Source: Nemertoderma westbladi (Eukaryota > Animalia > Xenacoelomorpha). Taken from it: a stretch of DNA of 64,000 nucleotides. The notes under the pieces were generated by a model that was not told the DNA's origin, searched no databases, and saw only the letters and a program-made list of their open reading frames with translations. The position numbers were made by a program, and so were the translations under genes. How positions within the stretch are numbered: the stretch's first letter is position 1; the number at the start of each line of letters is the position of its first letter. The stretch spans positions 10,428 to 74,427 of the forward strand of contig JAUCBJ010003847.1 of assembly GCA_032718475.1 (NCBI GenBank). The letters are read 5' to 3'. This document shows, piece after piece, positions 12,008-22,558 of this stretch.

Positions 12008-12345
12008 ATGGATTCCGATTTACTTCAAAGATACAGTAAACCTCAATATGGTGGTGCAGACTCTAATCTTGCTGTTTTTAAAGGTGGTAGAAGTACGAGA
12101 GGCTCGACACAAGTTCCTGTTTGTCGAGGTGGTTCATATATAGACCCTTACGGTCAACAAATTGGTGCATTTGGTCCAAATTTAAAACAACGTCGATTTC
12201 AACGTTATCGCAGGGGTATGCAGACAAATCAACACGGGGAAGGTATATTTACAGATGCTTTATCTACATTGAAGAAATTTGGAAAGCCATTAGCAAAAAA
12301 GTTTTACAAAAAGCTTTACCATTTACCACAAAATTTATGAGATAA
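12008..12345 (+). CDS. Basic core/membrane-lytic precursor with repeated xxGG protease-site-like motifs (frameshifted near end)
   Basis: QYGG, FKGG, CRGG, QHGEG-IFTDALSTLKKFGKPLAKK amphipathic helix, directly upstream of MCP. Confidence 0.65.
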
Positions 12346-12572
12346 CACGTAATACCAAAATGTAAGCGGGTCTTACATCAGCAGGCTAATACGGTTATTA
12401 ATAAAACATTAAATAAAATGAAACCATCAACAAGATCGGTTGTAGAAAAAGTTTATAGAGATTTAAAGCGACCGACTAAACCAATGTCTATGAACATACA
12501 TCATCGCTGTAGTGAAAATAGAAAAATAAAAAAAGGCAAACTCAAACACTGCGAAAAAAGTATTTTTTAATA

Positions 12573-13832
12573 ATGTCAATTATTAAGGAATTAGATTTAT
12601 TTTCTATACAGCCAATACAGACTGAATTTAAAGCAAAGCATTATGAAACAATTTACCCGGTATCTAGTCTCAGAAGCGAGTCTTGGGAAGTAACATTTCT
12701 TGTACCGCGATCCAATGAATTCTATACGAAACTACAAGATGCGTTTTTAATTACAAAATCTACTGTACGGTGGGATAGATGGCTTGAAAACTCACACATT
12801 TATATGTTGAATTACCCCTCTGGAACTATGTGGAGTGATATTAAAATAGACCTCAATGAGAAGCAGGTTGAAAATAGCAATAACCATTATTTCTACAAGT
12901 CGTACTTATCCAATTTACTTTTTACTACATATGAAACTAAAAATGGGCTACTGGGGGCAGGCGGCTTTCGTCAGCCTTTATCCGAACACGGAAATGAAAT
13001 TAATCCCGGTGCGCATCCTATTGCCAATGCCTTTAGTAAACAAATGCAATTTGTAAGTGGATTGACGATTGATTTTGATACTGAAAGTAAAATAATACAA
13101 CCCGGGTATGATTTAAGAATGCATTTTAGAAAAGTATCAAATTCGTTTATTTTTAAAATCACTCCAAACGCAAACGCTGTGACAAATCTTCGGCTAGAAT
13201 TAGATGAAGTAAAGATCCTAATCCCTAGAATGGAGGTTAATCCGGTAATAGAAAGCATCCATCTAAAAGGTTTAGAGAGCTACGATATTGAATATCAATT
13301 TCAAAAAAAAGAGGTTACTACATTTACTATTCCCGCTCAAACCACAAATTACACCCAAACAAACATATTTGATGGTAAAAAACCCAAATTGGTTATTATC
13401 GGTTTTATAACAAATAATTCATATTCGGGTGAATTAACTAGTAATCCGTTGAAATTCGAACATTTTAACCTTAGACGCGCGGAACTGATTGTAGACGGTC
13501 TTCCAGTAGGCGGTGTAATATACGAGCCTAATTTTACTGATGGAACATACATTTTTGAGTATACTCAATTAATGAAGAACATTAATACATATATTAACGG
13601 TTATGGAGGTAATAATATAGACCATGAAACCTACTTAGGTAATTGCCCCCTCATATCCTGGGACCTAACTGCCGACGGCTATGTTAGGGATCCGCAACCA
13701 TCGATATATACTAATGGACAATTAAAATTAAGATTTGCCGATCCGTTGGTTGAGACCATATATGTAATCGTTTTTAATATTTATAATCAATCATTAAGCT
13801 TAAATAGCAGGAAAGAAATACATATCGATTAA
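12573..13832 (+). CDS. Polinton major capsid protein (double jelly-roll, PY)
   Basis: ELDLFSIQPIQT, Y.YKSYL..LL, PKLVIIGF, YSG..TSNPLKFEHFNL, WDLTAD, GQLKLRFA; intact 419 aa. Confidence 0.92.
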   Translation: MSIIKELDLFSIQPIQTEFKAKHYETIYPVSSLRSESWEVTFLVPRSNEFYTKLQDAFLITKSTVRWDRWLENSHIYMLNYPSGTMWSDIKIDLNEKQVENSNNHYFYKSYLSNLLFTTYETKNGLLGAGGFRQPLSEHGNEINPGAHPIANAFSKQMQFVSGLTIDFDTESKIIQPGYDLRMHFRKVSNSFIFKITPNANAVTNLRLELDEVKILIPRMEVNPVIESIHLKGLESYDIEYQFQKKEVTTFTIPAQTTNYTQTNIFDGKKPKLVIIGFITNNSYSGELTSNPLKFEHFNLRRAELIVDGLPVGGVIYEPNFTDGTYIFEYTQLMKNINTYINGYGGNNIDHETYLGNCPLISWDLTADGYVRDPQPSIYTNGQLKLRFADPLVETIYVIVFNIYNQSLSLNSRKEIHID

Positions 13833-13834
13833 GT

Positions 13835-14299
13835 ATGTTATCTACAGAGGACCTTGATATGTTTCCAGTGGGTGGTCACTATTTAGGGGCATTTCCATCT
13901 ACTAAATTATCTAAATTAGATAATAATAATAATAATTATAAGCGAAGAGACTATGGGTTAATAGTAAATACCGATAAAGCGCATCTACCTGGTGTTCATT
14001 GGGTGGCTATATATATACGAGATAATGAAGCTGAATTATTTAATTCATTTGGTCCAAAATATCCAAACAGATGTATCGAAAAATGGCTTGAGAAAAATTC
14101 AACAAAGTGGTGTACTACTCGCAGGCAATTTCAAGACCCTAGAAGGACCACATGCGGGTTATACTGTCTTTATTACTTGGTAAATCGAATTCACACAAAC
14201 TATCCAATGAGAGCGTTTACAAATAATGTGGAAATAAATGAAATAATATTATATAAATGGCTTGTTAATTATTATAAAATAAACCAACAAGCATTGTAA
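13835..14299 (+). CDS. Adenain-like cysteine maturation protease
   Basis: IVNTD...PGVHWVAIY...FNSFG...Q....TCGLYC; catalytic His and Cys present, usual Asp of FDSFG reads Asn. Confidence 0.93.
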   Translation: MLSTEDLDMFPVGGHYLGAFPSTKLSKLDNNNNNYKRRDYGLIVNTDKAHLPGVHWVAIYIRDNEAELFNSFGPKYPNRCIEKWLEKNSTKWCTTRRQFQDPRRTTCGLYCLYYLVNRIHTNYPMRAFTNNVEINEIILYKWLVNYYKINQQAL

Positions 14300-14343
14300 T
14301 TAATCATTTAACTTTTGTTTATCTAAATATATTATCAGATAAA

Positions 14344-14913
14344 ATGGATAATATTATTTTTGTCGATTTTCAATATTATACGATAGACAATAAGGAATAT
14401 CCGGTAGTATTTAAAGAATTTGCTATATTCGATTCTAATTACACCAAAACTAATGTAAAGACATTTTTAATTAAAGGACCCCCTGATATTAACTTATTGG
14501 CATTAGATAAAGCCCACGTAAACAATTTACGGGACATGACTTCACATTTACCCTGGGATTACGGTGACATTTCGCAAGATGACTTTAAAAAGTACATGAA
14601 GAGACATTTAAAATATAAAAAAATTATATATGTATTCGGGTTGATGAAGCTGGCAATATTAATTTCCGAACTTGATGTACTTGCTCCAAAATCGATGGAG
14701 AAATTGGGAATATATCAACGGTATTACAACTATTTAACCCCGTGTCCCTTCCATGATCAATTTACTACAGTAGAAAATAAATGCGCTTACCACTTAAACA
14801 GAAAGGATAACTGTCTGCGGTACTGCTCCGCAAAACGAGTCGGAGGGTATGTAATGAAACGATTTTTCGTGAGAACGCGATTAACTGTAGTGGAAGATGT
14901 ACTCGTACAGTAG
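14344..14913 (+). CDS. DEDD/DnaQ-like (Maelstrom-like) nuclease-fold accessory protein
   Basis: FVDFQ...FKEFAI, HLPWDYG, IYVFGLMK and C-terminal CxxH...C cluster. Confidence 0.55.
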   Translation: MDNIIFVDFQYYTIDNKEYPVVFKEFAIFDSNYTKTNVKTFLIKGPPDINLLALDKAHVNNLRDMTSHLPWDYGDISQDDFKKYMKRHLKYKKIIYVFGLMKLAILISELDVLAPKSMEKLGIYQRYYNYLTPCPFHDQFTTVENKCAYHLNRKDNCLRYCSAKRVGGYVMKRFFVRTRLTVVEDVLVQ

Positions 14914-15702
14914 GTTTACTCTAAGCATGTAATGTGATGGGATAATATAATTGTTTTAATGTCAATAAAAATAATTAAAACATTAAAATCTATTTTTTAT
15001 ATCTCAGTTTGACGGGAGGTGGGGTTTAGGTTTACACTCACAAACACACCACACCTACCGGTAGCCGGCTGTTGTATCTGAGTTTAACTACAAGTAGCTG
15101 ACTTTATACATACAGACATATAACAACGCTAAACTGCAGAATGGCTCCCCTTCTAGACTGACAGCACCCACATCGCTTTAGCGTTACTAGTAATAAAATT
15201 AAATTAACTCGACATGTGGTTCGTATATGCGGCATTAGAGGGGCCCGCCTAACAATAGGCCTACTGGTACTGTAGCACTCTTGTAACAGTATACTTGGAT
15301 AGTGCATGCCGGTTCCTTCGATTTAAGGATTATTACACTTGAATGCTTCCAATTTTCTGTTTACAACTTTAATTGGCCTAATCTAGATTATTATTACTGG
15401 GGCTACTACTGTCGCATAGGTAAGCCTTTACTATACAGCTATAGTTAACTTTATGCGGCCCCTTTTTCGAATGTAGGCCCAATATGGTTTACGGTTAACC
15501 TTTAGAACTCACGGACAGGCATACCTTCATTCAACCAGTCATATAATGATTCCTCAACTGAAAGCCGGCCAGCTCATTGATACAATAGGTGTGGCTATAG
15601 CAATATATAAAATCCACCGCTCACAAGTTCATTCACTTCATTTTGTAGGCCTATATAAAACATAGTTAGTTTATTTATGTATTCGCTTTTTTTTTTAATT
15701 AG

Positions 15703-16320
15703 ATATAAAATAGACAAAAAACCTACTGCTACCGGTAACACATTAACACAAACAGACTGACTGACTGATTACATACGAGTCTACTGACGGTGTATTCTTG
15801 GATCTGGCGGTAGGCCAACAGGAGCTACTGATACTTCTGCTTCAGTCGCTTCTTCTTCCCAGTCAGCCAGTGCTCACCCTCACTATAGTTATCAAGTCTT
15901 ATCTGGTGAGCTTCTCCATATAAAATAGACAAAAAACCTACTGCTACCGGTAACACATTAACACAAACAGACAGACTGCCTGATTACATACGAGTCTACT
16001 AATGGTGTATTCTTGAATGTGGCGGTAGGCCCACAGGAGCTACTGATACTTCTGCTTCAGTCGCTTCTTCTCTCCAGTCAGCCAGCGCTCACCTCACTAT
16101 AGTTATCAAGTCTTATCTGGTGAGCTTCTCCATATAAAATAGACAAAAAAAACCTACTGCTACCGGTAATACATTAACACAAACAGACAGACTGACTGAT
16201 TACATACGAGTCTACTGGTGTGTTCTTGGATCTGTCGGTAGGCCAACAGGAGCTACTGATACTTCTTCCCAGTGCTCACCCTCACTATAGATATCAAGTC
16301 TTATATGGTGAGCTTCTCCA
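15703..16320. repeat. ~215-bp tandem triplication
   Basis: Units start at 15703, 15918 and 16132 (ATATAAAATAGACAAAAAACCTACTGCTACCGG...GGTGAGCTTCTCC). Confidence 0.93.
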
Positions 16321-16538
16321 GCCTGCACACGAATGTTTAAACTAAAGTTTTTATTTGTAGACAATGTTGTTTGTCTGCCTTCGCTCGTTTTATTTCTAAC
16401 CATTATAGTAATCACTCCATTGTCATTTTTCAAATGTAATTCCATTACATTTAACGATGTAAAAAACAACTGTTCCCCTTCAAGATCAAACTTTAGCAAA
16501 CAGTCGCTATCCCTATTTCCAATAAATGCGAACGACAT
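16212..16538 (-). CDS. Polinton hypothetical protein (108 aa)
   Basis: ATG-initiated, beta-rich-looking ORF co-oriented with pPolB; its 3' end lies in the triplicated unit. Confidence 0.5.
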   Translation of the reverse strand: MSFAFIGNRDSDCLLKFDLEGEQLFFTSLNVMELHLKNDNGVITIMVRNKTSEGRQTTLSTNKNFSLNIRVQAGEAHHIRLDIYSEGEHWEEVSVAPVGLPTDPRTHQ

Positions 16539-17222
16539 ATCTTGATTGATTGAATGGTTGATGGATCACCGCGACTGAAGTTTGGAGGTTAGTTTTTGCA
16601 AGTACAAATACAAGTAGGTCTATACCGGTATTTTTATTTACGGTAACAAAATTATACTTAAGATATAATTGAGCTTATATATATTTTTGTAGAGGGTCGC
16701 AGATGTTTACATTACAAAATTCACATAGTTAACAAAATGCACAACATAAACTTTTCCCATGCGGATTAGCGATATATGCTCTGTTCATTGTTCTATTCTA
16801 TTCTATTCTATTCTGAATGTAGGGAAATGCATAGCCGATGTTTTAATAATATGTACTGGTATACAGGCTAGTAACAGATAGGAGGGCTTCGACTTTGATT
16901 ATGAATACCAGTACATAGCCCTAAACTTTTCTCACCGAGCTTAGCGATGCTCGCTGCACACACTCATAAGTAACAGATGCGCAACTGTAGCTCACTCGTG
17001 CGATGCTTAGCTAGCTAGCTACTGTCTCTAGGTATACTATGCATACTTGGCTGTTACAAGCAATCGCTCTGCCGAAGTTAGTTAGTTTCCCCAACTAGTT
17101 GTTGATTTAAAAAATATTCATAAATTTCTTCTCCCTCAATTTAATATATATATACATATTTTACAGTAAAAAATCCCCACCACCAAACAACAACAATAAA
17201 TTTTACTCTCTCTAATTATATT

Positions 17223-17789
17223 TTACATCAAAAACCCTCCACCAAACAATAATAAATTATTAACCAGTTTGTTGAATATAGGATAATATATATGAAATTT
17301 AAACGGAGAACACATTAATGAACTTTTACCTGTGTAGAAACAGCAAACAACAACAATATTATTTATTCTGACTTTACAGTTATTGAATATTTCTGGCTCG
17401 TATGAAATTTCTAGTTTAACATTATCAAATATAACATAAAACTCGATATTGTTTATAAGTAACCTATAGATTACAGTGTCAATACTAAAAATATAAGTAC
17501 ACAAATTGATAGATTTAAAAATCAAATTAATGTTTGTTTGTTCAAATATATGCTTTTTAACTTTATTAAAATTATATTTTCTACCAAGAATTGTTATTCG
17601 TCCATTTGTAAACATTAATATGGTTGCACCAAATACCTTATATATAAACTGATTAGGTTTGAGTATAATTTTACCTGTCAATTGATTTTTTAATTCTTTT
17701 AAATTAAGTCCATAAATGATCTGCTTACAACTTATATTTTTATTTACTATTTGATAATTCATCATCATCATCACCTTTTGGTTCTTCAT
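17223..17789 (-). CDS. TATA-binding protein (TBP)-like protein encoded by the Polinton
   Basis: Two-repeat TBP pattern: IVN..S..LNLKEL..ATILMFTNGRITILG and FKSIN..SYEPEIF..VVCCFYTGK; 188 aa, about the size of a TBP core. Confidence 0.75.
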   Translation of the reverse strand: MKNQKVMMMMNYQIVNKNISCKQIIYGLNLKELKNQLTGKIILKPNQFIYKVFGATILMFTNGRITILGRKYNFNKVKKHIFEQTNINLIFKSINLCTYIFSIDTVIYRLLINNIEFYVIFDNVKLEISYEPEIFNNCKVRINNIVVVCCFYTGKSSLMCSPFKFHIYYPIFNKLVNNLLLFGGGFLM

Positions 17790-17810
17790 AAGTTGGTATA
17801 TTTGATATTT

Positions 17811-20800
17811 TTATAGGTTTTTGAGGTTTGTTTTATAGTGTCCCCAAGGAAGTGATTGATTTTTATTAAGCCAATAAAGTTTATCATCAAAGCTACTGAG
17901 TGCAAATTTATTTTGCTTTAAGGTATAAATACGATGTAATTTAGATTGAAATCTGTTTATATATTTTTTTATTTCTTCATTTGAGTTATATGCTTTTAAA
18001 TATTCTTCATGAGTAATATTCGTTTCCACAATAGCTCTTGTAATACCTTTTGCTCTGCGAATATTTCTGTTATTCCATTCCAAAATTGAATATAATTTTG
18101 GTCTTAAAAATACTGCTTGTTTAATTTCACGTGAGGCTAGTTCATCTTTACAGTGATAAAGTCTCGATTTATTTTTATTACTATAAAGCGGGTGATCCTG
18201 TGGGTAATTGGATGTATCTAAAATATTATTTTTAATTAATGCTTTTAAAAAATTATTCTGCGATGTATTATAATAACAACCTATTAATGAGTCTGTATCT
18301 GATGCGACAATTTCAATACGGCAGTTTAATTCTTTCTCAATAGGTAGTAATCTATTGTAATACAGTTCATACATATCAAGTTTAGCCAAATCCAACACCG
18401 CGCTACCAATAAATATAGGCTTATCAAGAGTTACAGAGTCTTTCACTAATAAATGACCTGATAATGTATTATTGTATATTATAAATTGTTCATGATTAAT
18501 ACGATTCACCAATTGGTCGCATTTATCATTGCTATTTGTGATACGAAAGTTACATCTCTCCCGTATCTTTTCTATTGTCTTACCAAATAAAGAGTTATTA
18601 AGCAGCTTTGCGACAGCCGTTTCAATGTAACTTTTTGCTAGTCGCCTTTGATTAATATTAAAATCTATGTAATTTTTAAATACAAATTCTTGTTGAAAAG
18701 AATATAATTTATGTAGTTTAGTAACAATTAATCCTTGTTTTATATAAAATTTTAACAGTTTCAAATGTAAAATAATGATAAAATTCTTTATCAAATTGCG
18801 TCAGCAAGAGTTTTGGAGTAGACATGTTATATTTACTGGAGGTACCTCTTTGTATCGATAAGTTATTAAATTGTTCTCTCATATAAGGTGAAAGCATTGA
18901 TTCATTTATACTTAAATGCTCTGGGGCTAACGGTAATTGTAATGTTTGATCGTGAATAGCTTTGGGGTAATTTAAATCACATATTAAAAAATATCCAGTA
19001 GATCCGTCATTGTCTAAATCTACCAAGTACTCGATTAGTTTTTCTGGAATTGCATTCTCTAAATGTTTAATACTTACTTCTTTGAATTGTGAAGTGGGTA
19101 GTTTTTTACTTAAATTCCCAGAATATAAAGAGTTGAAATCAATATTAAAAATATGGCATTCTTCCTTAGTAGAATCATATGTACTTGTTTCGGGTATATT
19201 TGATTCTATATAATGCTTTCGACAAAATGAAACACCACCCCTAATTGATTTTTCAAAATCTCTATATGTCTGATAATCCTTTATTAATTCTATTTTACAT
19301 TTATTATATTTTAGAGCGCAATCATAGGTAAATGACGCGATACTACAGTAAAAAACCACTTCTAAATCGTAATTTTGTATACAAACATTCCTAAAATTCT
19401 CAAATATATCAGCAAGCAAACAAACATCGAGTTTTAAATAAGCTAAAAGATAATCTTTGAGATTCACACAGTCGAATTCTACCCATGATAATCCCGCAAA
19501 CCTATAATCTTCAATTGTACATTTTTTTTGACTTAAGTTACTAAAAAAAATATTTATAGATGGTAAACCAGTATCATTAAATTTATTTATATCTGTCAAG
19601 TACTCGTATAGAAATACTCCTTTCCGATTAATTGTTGAGTTATTCAAGTTTGGATAAAAATATTTCATTTCTTGTAGAGTAATTGGTAAAATTGAGCTTA
19701 TATCATGACTCGCTACATCCTTTGTTGAACACTCAACTAAATTACTTAGGGAAAAGCTTAAAAATTGATATGTGTCTAAGACACGTAACTCAATTTTTTT
19801 AGAAGTGTTTTTAATTGGGATAAATGCACTCAGTGAAATATATCGTTCTGTATTTCTCGGTATAACCTTTATATCCCAATCCGTGTATTTCTTATCTCTA
19901 AATCCGGTTTGTAATATACAATGTATATCGTAATTATTGGCATTGTGCCCACAAAGTACATACAGGTATCGTTTCTCTATTGACTTCTTCCTTGGTAGCA
20001 GGCGAGACGGTGACGATGGAGAACTTCCGCTCGAAAAAAATGCACTAAACATCGTTCACAATATTGCCTATTGACGATATGAAGAGCTCTCGTATTCAGC
20101 AATCGATTCAAGTTAGTTATGTAAACATAATGATTCAGTTTAGGTACATTGTTATTTTTTACTACAAGTAATATATTTAATAACTCTTTATCTGGTGTAA
20201 TTTTACTAAATGGTGGTTGTCTTAATATAGATACGGGGGTGCGTTTGTTGTCGTTATTCCAACATAGTAAATTAATTATATATTTAGAATTTTGTTTTTC
20301 AAAAAGTTTAATCGCTAGCTGCCACTCTGTTGGATAATAATTTTTCCCGTTGTCAAAAATGAAATGACTCATATAATTTTTGTACTGCGAAGTACGGTAT
20401 TTGTGATTTTTCACTTTGCTACTAAATTTTGCGGCTATAATAGCCCATTTGAAACAGTCATTATCAGCCGATTGTATATTTATTGTACATTAGATACTCG
20501 ATAGAACCTTAGGTAATTCCATATATCCATGTCCCTTATATAGTAACGACCTACACTTAGATTCAGCTAATTTAATTTCAACTCTTAATAATGATTTAAT
20601 ACGCCAGCCCAAACCACGTGTGTTAAAGATGGCTATTTTTTGTAATATATTTTGCACCACATACTCAAACCATGTGTCAAAACTTTGTGATGAATCTACA
20701 GTATTAATAGCACCACCGGAAGAATTAAAATAAAAGGTTTCTAATTGTTTGCCTTCTGAAAAATATGATCTGTACATTATTACAATTAGACCTAACCACA

Positions 20801-21317
20801 GTCTAAGAACATTCATTTCTTTCAATCTGTCTAATATTAACTGAAGAATATTACCTCGAATTTGCGCTAATGCTGTTTCTACATCTGGATAATCTCTAGA
20901 AGTTGGGAGGTTGTGGACATAAATTTCAAGACGATTATCGTGAGCTTCTTGTTCCCACGTAAAAATTGTTGCACATGTACCAAGAGCCACCCTTAAGTTT
21001 TTTCTAGATATTATATTTTTATGTTGCGGAGATATACACTTTCTTGTGTAATAACATTTCAAGTGACAGTCGTGTCGTAAATAATTCTCATATGTATACT
21101 CTTTATTACAGGTAGAACAAGTCAATTGATAGGTACGGAACTCCATTTCTTTACAACCCGTAGTTGATTCATGTCGTTTACAAATTTCACTGCATGAAGT
21201 CACGACATGACACTTAAAACAAGAATAACCTTCAAAATGTGACTTTAGGTGATGTAAATAATTATGTCTAGTTACATTCATATGACAGAATGAACAACAT
21301 ATTGCTATTTTATCCAT
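17811..21317 (-). pseudogene. Protein-primed family B DNA polymerase (pPolB) with N-terminal C2H2 fingers and vOTU-like region; stop, frameshifts and apparent internal deletion
   Basis: GLGW, DNDCFKWAI, HYVYITNL, GHNANNYD, RKGVFLYEY, YLKLDVCLLAD, IRGG, IDFNSLY, KLLNNSLFGK, SDTDS, RAKGI, SSFDDK over four ORFs. Confidence 0.95.
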
Positions 21318-21507
21318 GTTGAAGTTTGTTTAGATTATTTAATAATAATAATAATAAAATATCACCAAAGATTAAAATAAAATAAAATGAAATGAAATGA
21401 AATAAAATGTTATTGACTATATCTAAACATTTATATGCTACCGTGTGAAATAATTTTAAATCAATCACCAATCGCTTATAGGTATTGGAAACCTCAAAGG
21501 GTTTAAC

Positions 21508-22089
21508 TTATGATAGGGTTTCCATGTAAGAATAATAATCAGGTTTCCATGGAGAATTAGTAACTGGATCTACTGGAACTGGGTTAACAGCAAATTTCTG
21601 TTTCTTTGCAGGTGATGCGTTGGTTAATTTACTCGATGATCTTGGCTTCCGAGGTAATATTTCAGGAAAGACCTGTTGCGGTTGAGAGCAACTCTCTTCA
21701 AGATTCGGTTTGGGTGATGGGATCTCTACGATTGCTTTAGGTTTATCCAAAAGGACAAAACCATCTACATTAGCTTCAGTAAGAGAAACACCATCCATTG
21801 CCTCTTTGAGAAAACTAATATGAGCTTTATCATTCAAGTAATGCAACTCAATAGAATTTCCACCTGTATCGACTTCAGTAGAATTATTGGTGTTGGTAAT
21901 AATAATTTTTTTATTATTGGTTTTAATCATTTTGAGACGGTCTGATAGTTAAATGATATTTTTATCAAAAAGACTCAAAACTCTCGCAACAAAACGGTTA
22001 GTTCCTGATTTGACAAATTGAAAAGATTGAATAATAGTTAAAACCAACACTATCAGCGTATCTGAGGCTGATTTTCCATAAGCCAACAT
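21508..22089 (-). CDS. Polinton hypothetical protein with NLS-like PAKKQK (in-frame upstream extension across a TAA)
   Basis: ORF 21508-21930 extends in frame to an ATG at ~22089 across one stop. Confidence 0.4.
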
Positions 22090-22189
22090 AGTTGGTTCCC
22101 TTAAAAGCTGTTACAAATCCAATAAACTCTGGATTTGATAATTCAATGTAAAATTGATCGCTAATAATCTCTAGCGGTGGAGAGAGAAA

Positions 22190-22558
22190 TTACAATAATT
22201 TCCCTCTGTATTGAATTAGAACTTCAGTAAAAGCTTTGTTGAGAACTTTACATTTGCCTTGTTTCTGAACATAAACATCACCCAACGTAGGGTTGATAGA
22301 AATATTCAAATTTCCTCGTGCAAAACGAAGATTGGGATATATCCTACCTGGTATAATTGGTGGTCTGGATTGATGTTGGTTGTTGGTTGTTTCTAGAATG
22401 TCCAGCAAATAGCGGGTATCTTGATGGGAAAAACAAATTGATTCGTTGTCATCCTGAGATTCCACAATAAAATACTTGCTGTGAACGACAGTGCAAGTAT
22501 ATTTATTGTAAGTAAATTTCCAGCTATTTGTTGCTCCGGTTTTTTGCATTAAGGCCAT
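22190..22558 (-). CDS. Polinton hypothetical protein (possibly PC4-like, reading on past a stop)
   Basis: 122-aa ATG ORF; sequence beyond the stop reads ...FVTAFKGTNYVGLWKI... Confidence 0.45.
   Translation of the reverse strand: MALMQKTGATNSWKFTYNKYTCTVVHSKYFIVESQDDNESICFSHQDTRYLLDILETTNNQHQSRPPIIPGRIYPNLRFARGNLNISINPTLGDVYVQKQGKCKVLNKAFTEVLIQYRGKLL

Noticed and set aside
16850-16917. 13-bp stem TATGTACTGGTAT/ATACCAGTACATA in Polinton intergenic DNA
   Set aside because: The 42-nt loop is mostly unpaired and there is no other support; it may be chance or a small remnant.
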